From Nemertoderma westbladi (lineage: Eukaryota > Animalia > Xenacoelomorpha): a DNA stretch of 64,000 nucleotides. How positions within the stretch are numbered: position 1 is the first letter of the stretch; the number at the start of each line of letters is the position of its first letter. The notes below the pieces were generated by a model, which made no database searches, was not told the DNA's origin, and saw nothing but the letters and a program-made list of their open reading frames with translations. The stretch covers positions 1 to 64,000 of the forward strand of contig JAUCBJ010009143.1 in NCBI GenBank assembly GCA_032718475.1, read 5' to 3'. Position numbers and translations under genes: made by a program. Below, piece after piece: positions 39,449 through 51,659 of the stretch.

Positions 39449-41992
39449 GTGTTCGGAATGGCGAGTAAGCTGATCAGGAAGAGAAAGGCGGAGTCGGGAG
39501 GAAAAGAAATATTGGTGGATTTCACCGAAAGACACCCGGAGGAGAAGACGAGAGGATACTACGAGAGGTTGGAAAGGGGTCACGCGGCACGAGCGCTGCA
39601 GGATCACTTCCGGGAGGCGCACGAACAGCGGTTGGTCGGGACCTACGGGACGCCGTCGCTGGACAACGCGATCTTCCAACACTTCCACTACGTGGTGAAA
39701 GGAGACGAGGCGAAGTTCGGGATTCCGAAGTATCCGAGGGAATCGCCGAGGAAGGACTGGAAAAGATTCATAGAGTCCGTCAACAGAGGAGGATATATGA
39801 TCCTAGATGACGAGGGAACCGTGGAAGACGAAGCGGGTTCGAGACGAGGAACGGCAGGGTCGGCCAGGACCATACTCTTGCATTTGGCAGCACCAAATGG
39901 GGACATCTTCTTATTCGACCTAGGGACGTATGGGAAGAAGGACGGGCCGAAATTAGACCGACTGCCGAAAGCGGTACAGGTTTTAGTAAGAGAGAAGTCG
40001 ACGACGAAAGTGGGATCGGCGATTCGCGAGGACGCGGAGAGGATCATCGGTCCGGACGCCACCAACCTCCTGGATATGCAGAAAGTCTTTACGGCTATGA
40101 CGGCACCGGATGGATTGGGGGTGGTCGAGAACTCAGGCCAATGCGGGGCGGTGGCGATGGGCCAATTATTGGGGCTCGTATGCCACAAACCAATGGATTG
40201 GGGGAAGTTTAGGGAGGAATACGGAGCAGAACTAGCGAACTCGCTGAAGTGGGGAGCGAGACCGGGAAAGCAGGAGGTATATCAGTTTCGCAGAGGAGCG
40301 ATAAAGGTATATCAGAAGCGATATATCCTGCAGGAGGACTGGATGATGATAAGTTTACTTAACTTATTCATGACCGTAGTTATTGAAAGAGAACCAGGGG
40401 CATTTCTGTTATCGGGATCACCCCTAAGCTACAGGAGAGCCTTTAAAGTGGCCTTTGACGGTCTGGTAGACCACCCGGGGCTGAAGGGCGAGTCGGTGTA
40501 CTACAATAGCCGACATCTGGTAGATGGGGAGACAGACACACCGTATCAGAGATGGGAGCAGCTAGAGATGGATAGACGGGAAGCAAAGCGACTGGAAGAA
40601 GTCGCTAGACGGGAGAGGATAGAAGCAGAGGAGAGGGAGGAGGAGGCCAGGACACAGAGTTATGGCTTCGAGGAACAGGCGGGCCTAGACGAACTTCATT
40701 GAACTTCGTCGGGGAGTTCGGGGGAGTCTCTAGGGCGAGAATTGGGATGGACGGTGGGATCGCCGAAACAGTCGACGTCGGGGTTGCACGCGATGCCCAT
40801 ACCAGCGGGCGCCGAGGGCGACCAACCGCCGAGGAAGTTAAGGGAGCTAGAGGGATGGAGAGCTACGGGCGAGAGCCAAGGCGGGAAGGGACATAGTGGA
40901 TCCACCGAGATACCGGGATTGGAGACACTACCGGAAGAGGAGGACGACGACGACGAGTTCGGAGAGATACCGCCCATCGAGAGGATAGGCCACTCGGACA
41001 CGGACTGGGTTGGCGGGAGGGTGGTGACGGCCAGTGGGGCGAGGGCCTTCTGGAACAGATCCGGCAAGCGGACCTGGGTGCACGAGGGGCCGGCGATGGA
41101 TTTCGCGGGGAGCACTATCAGGTTGGGCGAGCAACCGGGGACGGCACCACGGATAGTATTCAGGGAGACAATGCCCGAGAGGGGCGGAGAGATCGACGTA
41201 AACAGGGAGAGCAACGTGGAGAAGTTTGCCTACCAGCGACTCCATAGACCGCGGAGATCGCTTGGGACAAAGGACGAGGTGGGACGCGAGACATTGGTAC
41301 TCGGCTGCGACTACTGTGGGAGACAGACCCATCGGGAAAGCAGCTGCCTATACCGGTTCCAACGGGGAACCTTTTGTCTCTATTGTGGAGAACCAAGTCA
41401 CAGGATGGGGGCGTGTCCACGGTTGCATAACCGATGTCCAAAGTGCCACTTTCGGGGACACTACGGGCGGGAGTGCGACTGGATGAGCGACGAGGAGAAG
41501 TTCACGAGGTTCGAGGAGTGGGCCGACGTCGGGGCCATGACGCGCCAGCGCATGAAGGCCCAAGAGTTCAAGTGGGGTTTCTTCCTCATAAACCAGGAGA
41601 CCCACATGGAAATCATAAAGCGAAGGTTACCGTTTACCTATCAAGAGGTAGCTACGGCGGCATCGTTCGCCGGAGTTATGAACACGCAACGGTACCTGGA
41701 CAGGTGGACACCAGAGAACCGGAGGGAGTTTAGGGATTTCTTGGCGGAACACGTGCCAAAGGCAATGAAGATGATTCTATGGGACGCCACACGAGGGAAA
41801 CAACCAGGCCATTCTGAGGGGCCACCGGCGAAGCGGTATCGGGCTTTAATAACACCAGCGCCCAAAGAGCCGACGACCGGGATCAGCAAGGAAGTGGCAG
41901 CGAAGGTCCGGAAGCAGAAAGCGGATGATGCCAGAGGAGCAGTGATAACCAAGAAACGGGCCAGGGAAGAGGACGTGAGGAGGAACAGATAA
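39449..41992 (+). CDS. Accessory ORF2 of D: DEDD-like 3'-5' exonuclease plus 3 CCHC knuckles; single in-frame TGA at 40700-40702
   Basis: ILDDEG (ExoI), LPKAVQVLVREKSTTKVGSAIREDA (ExoII), LLDMQ, YILQED (ExoIII-like); CDYC/CLYC/CPKC knuckles; both ORF halves share one frame. Confidence 0.82.
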
Positions 41993-42693
41993 GTTCCCGG
42001 AGACGAGGGAATGAGACTGAGACTGGGAAGTGGTGCGCCTGGAAGGCGCCGCATGTAACGTACGAACTATTAAGTATAAATTTAATTAATGCAAATAACC
42101 ATATAAGTGCAATTTGTATGTACGTACGTAGTGATTAGCAGTAAATACATACGTTTGGAGTAAGTACTATAGTCATACAACCTTTCTCAATTAGCTACTG
42201 GGACTGGGGGACAATTGACTATGGCACTATGGACGAGACAACTGACAACTTCACGCTTCTTGAGTGCGACGGCACGAAAGGGGGGGAGGTTCGTCAAGAG
42301 AGATAAAACAGTCAAAGTGGGGTTGAGAATCGGAATAAGAGTGCGAAGTGAGGAGAGAGTGCGAACGCAATTCTAGTGTGGGGGGGGGAGAATAAGAGGC
42401 TGAGTAAGGGACGGGGAGGTCCGAATGTGAGAGAGTTAGAGTGAGAGTGAAGGTGGAGTAGGGCGAAAGTGTTGGGGAAACAAAAGTCGTGTGAAGAGGT
42501 GAGCGCGATCGGCCCGACATGAGACGCCAGGCACAGGGTAGCGTTATCATACCCATAGGGGGCGGCCTGGAAAGCCGGCTCCAAGAGAAAAGAATTCCAC
42601 CCCACACCCGATACTAGATCGGGATCCAGCGGGATTGTAGCGCACTTTTAGGTTGATGCTATCTTCTTACCGGGAAGATAGCATGGGGGGGAG

Positions 42694-43234
42694 TGTTAGC
42701 TTATTCAATCCCGCCAACACCCCATAAAGTTGTAAGCCGATAAGCAATATTGGGAGCCGCGAGATTGGGCAATTAACCAACTCGCGCCATCCCAATAAGA
42801 GTGGGAAGGAAGCACACAATAGAGGGTCAGGGGCCAAACCCCTAACCCAGAGAGAACACAGTGGAGTGAACGGGAATACTCCACGGGGCGCCAACAAGGG
42901 TATTAACCAATCAGAGGGGGGAATGGTATCGATTGAGTAGCAATTAGGCCAACCGTGCAGTATAGCCACTTGGCAGTAATATTACCTATTCAGTTATCAC
43001 AGTGCAGCAGTGCTAGCGTAGGGTACAGCCAATTAGTTTAGTTAGGGGATCACGGGACTTTAGTTACCGTATCCCGCCTTGTACACATTCACTATATATC
43101 TATATCTTATAACCTCCTATTATACACCGAACTTCAGAACTCAGTCACTTTATTTCATCCTTATACACGGCGGGGACGCGTGGACTAAATTACCACAACC
43201 GGATAAATCGGGATCCCTCTTGGATCCCGTCACA
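42694..43234 (+). repeat. 3' LTR of D
   Basis: Preceded by the PPT and followed by the TSD. Confidence 0.98.
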
Positions 43235-46200
43235 TTCCGGGGCAATGTCTCCATTGGTCCATCGTCGTGCGACTAAGTATGATGGCTACCCTGTTGGTAA
43301 CGAAGACGCTGAACTGACAGACTTCATTGGTTATATACTCTAACACGAGTAAAGCGTCGGTCCAATAGACAGTTTTCTCTAATGTATAGTCAATCTGTTC
43401 GGTTACATTCCGGCCGATGGCTGTAGCGTATAGAGCCGCCTTTAACTCCGCTCGAGGAACTTTCAACTTGTTGTTGATTAATGCCTTAGAAGTAACCAAG
43501 GCGACTTTGATTCCATCCGGAGTTTCCACTCTTAGGTAGGCTACTATACCGATTCCCATATCGCTGGCGTCTCCAAACACATGGAGTTGATAGGAATACG
43601 TAGGGAGAACATGACCAAAATATGAACGGGAAATTATAAAATCCTCGATGGCTGGCAGAGAATCTTCCCATTTCATCCACTGCTTCAGTAATTCCCCCTT
43701 AAGTGGATCGTCCCATGAGTGGTTTTCAAGCCACATTTGTTGTACCAAACTACGAGCAATCAATATAACTGGGCTAATAAATCCCAATGGATCGAAATAA
43801 GTGCTCAGTATACTTAAGCAAATCCGTTTGGTTCGAACTGGATTATCTCGCTGTTTTAGCTGGAAAAACAGGATATCTCGCTCTGTGTCCCATTTCAAGC
43901 CGAGTGTCTTGGTTTCTGGCAGATCATCTTTGATCAAATCGAGATCTTTCGCCCCTCGATCTTCCGCAGGGATCGACTCCAGAAACTCACGGGAGTTGCT
44001 GGTGAATTTGGTTAATCGAAATCCACCTCTTTTTAAGCACTCTACCGTTCCCTTAGCGACCTCAATGGCTTCCTCAACTGATGGGAGGGACTTCAGATTG
44101 TCGTCCATGTATATGTCTCTCTTGATGTTGTCGATCACTTCCTTAGAGAATGCCTCTCGGTTGTCCTCTGCAGTAGTACGCACTACCGAACAGGCGTTGG
44201 AAGGGCTTGAGATTATCCCAAAGGCCTGGATGGTCATCCAGTACTCCACCGGTTTCTGGTTGAGGTCTCCTTCGGGCCACCATAGAAATCGTAAGCTATC
44301 TCGATCCCTATCTAACACCTTGACTTGTAAGAACATGCCTTCTATATCGGAGGCGAAAGCAATCGAATATTGTCTCAATCTTAAAAGAATTCCCAACAAA
44401 GATTGAAGCAAGTTGGGTCCGGGTAACAATTCAGAGTTAAGGGATTGACCCATGTAAAGAGCGGAGCCATCAAACACTACTCTCACTTCATTTGGTTTAC
44501 CGGGTTTAGGAACGTAATGGTGAGTTAAATAATACGTTCTTTCAGTCACAGGTGTTTCTTCCGGTACCCTCTCCGCGTATCCCTTACTAATAAATTTTTC
44601 CAGCTGTGTTTGATACATTGCTTTAGCTGAAGAATTAGCTGTAAGGCGTCGATGGAGTTGCGCGATTCTTTTTTCCGCCAGGGGTCTGTTATTTATGAAC
44701 TTCGGTTCTCTCTTGCGAAAAGGTAAACCGACTTCATACCTACCTTGATCTTTGATGAAACGTGTAGTCGTCTCTTGGATCTGCTTGGCCCTTTCCTCTT
44801 CCACCGACAAGGCTTTATCGTAGGAATTGGGCTCTACCGCCTCTTGCGTAAAGAATCGTACAGCATGTTCATCTCGAGTCTTGGCATTGCAACGTTCAAT
44901 GACGTCATTTAATTCGTCGTTATAAGCTTCTCATTCAGAGGGATAGAGAAGTTGACATAAGTTAACTTGGTTTTGCCAAGCCTCGTTTTCCTTAAGGAGA
45001 TCGATGGTATTCTCCTCATCAAAAAGCTGGTGAACGTCGTCGTTATCTGAGGAGTATGGAATTCCCTCAGTTGAATCGTCTCCTTCACTAGTATCATCTT
45101 CCCATTCACTCACCTGGCAGACTCTCTCTTGCGGTAGTCTTTCTCTGAGTGTTCTACGGGAAGGGCCAGTAAAGTACCAACCTACTCTAGTTCTTACCGC
45201 ATAGGTCTGTAGGGGCTGCGGTTGAGCAGGCCGTTTCTCTAATGTCTCCAGCGCCTCATGCGCGTTTTGGCCAATGAGTATTTGCACTCCAGGATAATCA
45301 GTCTGGAATCGAGGTATGTAAAGATGTTGGATGCTCTTATCCTCGTCCCAATTATAAAGGTCTGCTTGAGTAGTAGCGAAGTTCTTTATAGCCACCATTT
45401 TCACTGACCTTATGCTGTTTTCTCCTAGTTCGTCCTGGGGGGTGGACAACGCTCCTACATAATAATCAGCTGTTATTGTAGATTTCCAAACTTGCATAAT
45501 GCCTGACATGTTGAGCTTAGTTTGGAACTTGGGTTGTCCAGCAAATATATCTTCGGCTAACTCTTTATCGATGAATGTTCCTGTGCTGCCGGAGTCCAGG
45601 AGGGCGTTCACTACATAACTCCTCTTAGGTCCGTGAACCCTTACTTGCACCACAGGAAACTCTCGGATCCCTACATTGGAAGATGGTTCTTTCCAAGATG
45701 GTTGTCGTTCAGAAGTAGTTAGAGTAAAGTCGTTATCTGGATCCTTTTCATATGTGAGTGCTCGATACACTGCGGTATTTATCATGTAACAGGATTCGTT
45801 TTCGTCGGAGAACTCGTCTGTATAGAATCCTTCCATCTCAGATTGATCAGTGTCGTTCACATCACTGAATTGGACATGTAGCTCGGAATCACTTACCTGA
45901 TTCGGACTATTTCGATCGAATTCAGCGTGCAACAAGATATGATGTTTCGCACCACACTTTGCACACCTTATGTCAGAGAAACAGGTTCGCCGTTGGTGTC
46001 CTTGTCTGAGGCAATTATAACATAACCGCTTATCCCACATGACTTCGCGTCTCTCTGTTAATGATTTCTTTAGAAATTCATCACACCTATTCAAATGGTG
46101 GGTCCCGTCGCACAGTGCACATTTCGGTTTGATGTTACTTACCTTATTTTGAGTCACATTGTGTACACTTGCCTTTTCTTCGGGCTTTCTCACCTGAATT

Positions 46201-49200
46201 CTCTTGGGAGACGTGGGAGGAGTTTTTCTTACCTGTTCCCTCCTGTCATTTGTTCGAGACTTGAATTTACTTACCTGATCTTTAGGCATTTTATTCACGT
46301 AATAAGATCTATCCGTGTCCTTCCCGCTATCTTCTCCTTGAGAAGTTTGGCTTTTGCCGTCATCAGTATAACATACTGGTGTTACCTTTCTCCTAGAGAC
46401 GGGTTTTTCACTTACCTTGCTTTCCGGTGTCTTCTCTCTGGACAGTTTCAGGAGCTGTAATTTCACTTCTCCATCTAGGAATGACATGAGATCGGCCATG
46501 GTAGGGTCTCGCCGTTGTTGTTCCATCATATATAACACTTTCTTATCCCAGCGTGTACCTACTCCACCTTTAGGTAAAGTAGAAGCCACTGCTCTAATAA
46601 CCATAGTGTTCTGATACTCATGAGACTTACCTAGCCAATCTAATTGTCTGCAGATCTCCTGGATCTCATCGGAAAACTCGATAATTCCACTACTAATAAA
46701 CTTTCGGGGCGCTACTAACTTTGCATATAAGTACCCAGCGATATTATTCCTATTACCATAGCTGATGTTTAGTGTATCCCAAACTTGTCTTAATCCGTCT
46801 GGATGTCCAATAAACTTTAACGCCATTAACTTGGGAGATCCTTCCAAGCACTCGATGAGGTATCTAAGTTTTTCTCCATTAGATAGTACAGAGTTCTGTA
46901 TGTTATCTTTGTAATATTCATTAAAAGGTAACCATTTCATCTCATCTCCATTGAACTTGACGATCTCTCCAACCTTTACCGCTTGCCGGGCTTCGGTTCT
47001 AGCCATTTGACGCGTAAAACTTTCTTGGGCCATCGTGTTATTTAATATCGAATTATCGGTATATAAATTTCTCGGATTATGATCCGGTCTATAGGGAATA
47101 TCATTATCAACAGGTCTATAATTACCCTTAATAGGGTTCACTATAGGAGTTTCTACTTCGCTAGCAGTATAAATGCGTGTAGGCTCCACACCTTGCGCAT
47201 GAGATACTTCAGACCTAACGGGTTGACACATTGTTACAGAGGGTGGTGGTATACCCTTTTTTAAGTTTACTAATTTATCGCGTTCTAACGCGATACTTTG
47301 CTGCACTTCTTGCAACTCTAACTTACTTTCCCTCACTGTTCCTTTTAAATGTTGGACAGTCCCTTCCAACTCTCGGACCTGTTGGGAAGAGCGTATCCGA
47401 TTCTCCTTCATCTCTCCTAGGAGAATATCCATCCCCCGCCGTCTCTCGTCTACCCAATCAACCGCCGAAACGGGATCCGCCAACGTCGTAGCGGGCAGAC
47501 GAGGGACAACGGGCGACAAATTTGGAATATTTCGCTCGGGGTCCAGGACCTGAACTGTCTCCTGGGCAGTTCTACGGGGCACAGGTAGCTTAGTGCTATG
47601 CAGAGGGAATTTATAGGTAGCTTCAGGGAGCACAGGTGTACCTATTACCGAAGGGGTGATTTCAAGAACAGGCCTACTTATTTCAGGCTCATCTACTATA
47701 GTAGGGAGTCTTTCTATTGTAATTATTTGGTCTGTGGGTTCTGTACTCTCTAAGTTGGTGTTATTTAGTTGCCTTCTAACAGCTGGAGGCAAATCAGGCA
47801 ATTTCTGACGGTGGAATGTTCTTTTACGTCTGCTTAGGCGGGATCGATTTCCTCCGCCTTCAGTGTCGGTGGTATCGCCTTCCTCAGATGATGTATAACC
47901 TTGTCGTTTGGGAGTAGATCGATTCATCATCTGCATATTACTAGCTGTTAACTGTTTATTAAAGTTATCTTGCCTCTCTTGAAGATTTTCCAACTCTAGT
48001 TGGGTTGTCTCTTCAGATGCCCTCCGTTCTGCTTCTGCCACTGCTATCTTTCTTTCCGCTTCTGCAGCTGCCGCTTTTGCCTCTGCCGCTACCGCTTTCC
48101 TTTCCGCTTCTACAGCTGCAGCTGCCGCTTTTGCCTCTGCCGCTGCCGCTTTTATTGCTGCAGCTGCCGCTTTTGCCTCTGCCGCTGCCTCTGCTGCCTT
48201 TCTTTCCGCTTCTGCCGCTGCCACTGCCGCTGCTGCTGTCTTTCTATCTTCTATACGTTTTTTCCTTACTTGTTCTTCCTGTTCTCTAGCGATGCGGAGT
48301 TGTTCATCGAATTTAGCTTGGTTCGCCGCTAACCTATCCACATCAATCGCATCTAACACAAGTTTGGCTCCTTCGCTATTAGGGCTAAGTCCCTCTAGCC
48401 TTCTCCTCAACTCTTCATCTCCCAAAAAACGCTGATAGTCTGACAGATAGATATCAATGGCATCCTTCTTATGCGGTTTCTCTGCCGTCGCTTCACTTTC
48501 CACTTGGGAAAAAGTAGCGTCCGTCGATTCTCCATGGGTTGAGCGCTCTTCCAACTGAGCTTTCCACTGAGCTGCTCCTTGAACCTGGCGTCTCACCCTT
48601 TGAAGCCAAGTCTTTACGGCAACTTGCAACGACGTGTCTTGTCTTCTTTTAGAAGCCTCCTCAAAGGCGGATAAGATTAGCCTAATTCGCAGAACTCTTT
48701 CTCTAACTTGATAAAGCAGCTGTCCCTGCTCTTGAGGTCCTTGAGGTTGTTTAAACAGTTGTCTTTCTACTCGCTCCATAGAGCTGAAGAATCCCTGTGC
48801 GTATCCGGCTGCGGACCTCTTCCATACAGCTGGATCGATGGTTTCCTTGGCTACTCCCATCCGGTGTATGTCTTCCCAGGCATCTTCTGATAAATCAAAC
48901 GGGAGTCCGGGTCCAGGGAAGTTCCATTGCGACTCGACAATAGACTTCAATTCTTCCCTCGTGTACCCCGCATAACTATCTCTAGTTGATCGTTGACTCC
49001 TCGCCCAATCGATCTGGTGTTCTTCCACCGCGATCAATAACCTAGTGAGTACGGCTGCAGGAAGGGTGAGAAGGGGATCCGTATAAACCGCATCCGTCAT
49101 CTCTGCTCCGCGCTCGGGTGTCAGCTCTACAGTATCCTCACTACTGGAGCTGCTGGGCCGCTGAGGAATAAGTTCTTGACTCGCGGGTTGTTGCTGTTCC

Positions 49201-49415
49201 GCTGCTTCTTGGTCCCGCTTGACCTGAGCTCGAGTGCCTATGATAGACCTACGATGTTGGACTAGCCTAGGTTCTGTTATTACTACTGGAGGGATGACCT
49301 TCCTCACAGTGGGAGGTGAACTGGATTTACGACCAGACGGTTGTACGTCTCTATCTGAGTCGCAGATAGTTACATCTAATATACTGTCTGACAGGTTCTG
49401 CTTAGTATCAGACAT
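43235..49415 (-). pseudogene. C gag-pol, 5' segment (Gag, PR, RT, RH) with one in-frame TGA at 44931-44933
   Basis: ORFs 44931-49415 and 43230-44810 share a frame; three knuckles, LLDSGS, YMDD and FGDAS; WRHCPG|TINPAD is restored across D. Confidence 0.93.
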
Positions 49416-50718
49416 GACTATGTATACCGTTGAATGTCTACTGCTGTATTACAGTCTGAGTAAGTCTAGTAACTCAGTATTAACTGCTAGCCTAGTAATT
49501 AATTACCGGTACTGCTACTCAGTGTAGCGTGATATATAATATATTAGAATACCGGTATGCTTATAGTATATATAACTATTATTACAGACTAGGTTTATCA
49601 CAGAATACCGGTATAATTTTAGCACAAATATATATAAATATATAATAGGCCTATCGGAATACCGGTATACAGCTGACAGTTTGTAGTGTATATAATTCTG
49701 GTCTAGAATTAATTACAAGTACCGGTATAATTTCAGCCTAAATTTATATTATAATAGGCCTATCGTAAATACCGGTATATCAATTATTTTAGAATAATTG
49801 AATTTCTGAACTTTAGGGTTACTTGGTTACTTTAACTTACTTTATTACCGTTATTTAAGCAGTAGTCCAACTGATATTGAGACCTAATTGGTATATGGTA
49901 GGCCTACTATTTATAAATCGTTAGATTTGATTTATAATATATATATACCCGTTTGAATGGGTTTAGCCAATGTTTGAAATAAATGTTATTATTTCTGGGG
50001 TAATCACTACACAAAGCGGTATGCTTTCAGTGAAGTGTTACGTACAGGACACTAAAACAAATGATTCTAATTTACCTAAGTTACTTAATACTACAAATTA
50101 CGTACAATTCGGGTTGAGATTACAATCTCTAAATAAACACAAAAATTTACAAAAAAAAAACAAAATACGAATTTTTAGGGTAATTTTACAAGAAGTCTAC
50201 AAACCAGCCTAACGAAGGGTTAGAATTCTGGTTATTACAACGGACAGGGTACTACGGTATTTGAAATAATAAGTAGTAGTAAATACACTGCGTTGTCCAG
50301 ATAGAAAAATACCACCGCCTGACGACCTATAGCCGTATCGCTATAGGTTCTACGTTATGTATCACGGAGTGTTCCTACCTAGAAGTTAATAGAGCTAATC
50401 GAACGTGCCTATTAACCACTTTACACCACAAATGTAATGCCTACAATAATTACTTTCGGAAAGCACTGTACACTAAACCCTAAATTAGGTACGAGTACTT
50501 GTACAACAGATAATCAGTAGTTAAATATACTTGAACAGCTAAAAGAACCACGGCATCTGCTGGAGTGACCGATGCACAAAATCACCAGTCTTTACCTACG
50601 CCAAGCAGCCCGTGTAGTACCGGGGTTAATTTAACTATAGCGGTATGTATAACAAACACAATTACTGTAGGAACAAACTTGGGGAATGAATGTTGCGGAT
50701 AATCGCATAAACTCTGAA

Positions 50719-51290
50719 TAATAAATATTACGCTACGCGTACAAACTACTCAAACAAAATGCAGACCGAACACTGACAGACTACTATCAAGCCCAAACAA
50801 ACTAAGGGACATGCAGACTCCGAAATGATTAGGGAGTATGCGCTCTAACCCAGTAGTGCGACTTATTCTTTAGTTGGGGGTTTACCTTACAGCGTTCGCT
50901 GCCCCTACTTCCTAACCGTACTTAATCGGACAAGTGATCTACAAACGCTGCAATCCGTTCAGACCTAATAACAGCCAGACAACTATCCAGCCTACAAATT
51001 ATCTAAATAAATATTATACGCTACCCGTACAGACTTACACAAACAAAGTACAGACTAAACGATGACAGACTACTCTCAAGCCTAAATAAACTACAGGACA
51101 TGCAGACTCCGAAATGATTAGGGAGTATGCGTTCTAACCCAGTAGTACGACTTATTCTTTAGTTGGGGGTTTACCTTACAGCATTCGCTGCCCCTACTTC
51201 CTAACCATACTTAATCGGACAGATGATCTACACACACTGCAATTCGTTCAGACTTAACAGCAATCAGACAACAGCTCAGCCTACAATCGT
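50719..51290. repeat. ~285-bp diverged tandem duplication in the C 5' leader
   Basis: 50719-51005 and 51006-51290 share ggacatgcagactccgaaatgattagggagtatgcg and further blocks. Confidence 0.85.
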
Positions 51291-51647
51291 CTGTACAATC
51301 TGATCAGGTTTACACGCCTTCTGTTCAATACTGGCCTACAAATAAATAAAACTTGACAGAAATAAGTAAACCATATAAAGGAATAAGGGGTGATCAATCC
51401 CTAATCCCTTAAACAGCCTACCGGTATACAACAATCAAATCGAATAATACTAATGTACTTATACGGAAGTACCGGTTAGGACAGCTAGGCCTACGGACCT
51501 ACAGAAGTACCGGTTCTGGCAGTTGGACCTACGGACCTACGGCAGTACCGGTTCTGGCAGTTGGGCCTACTGACCTACAGATGTACCGGTTCAGGTTTAC
51601 CGGTTGACCGGTACTTTCAACTTTATTGCTTACTGCAACAAAGAAGC

Positions 51648-51659
51648 TATATCCTTTAA
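51648..51659 (-). other. Non-tRNA primer-binding position of C (sense TTAAAGGATATA), complementary to own LTR 52410-52421 / 21746-21757
   Basis: The + strand tatatcctttaa abuts the LTR and ttaaaggatata lies inside both LTRs; no TGG. Confidence 0.78.

Larger units (their letters stand above)
28947..43234 (+). mobile_element. Bel/Pao LTR retrotransposon D, full length and young
   Basis: 541-bp LTRs at 28947-29487 and 42694-43234 with no difference seen; TSD TTCCG (28942-28946, 43235-43239); PPT GGGGGGGAG at 42685-42693. Confidence 0.98.
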
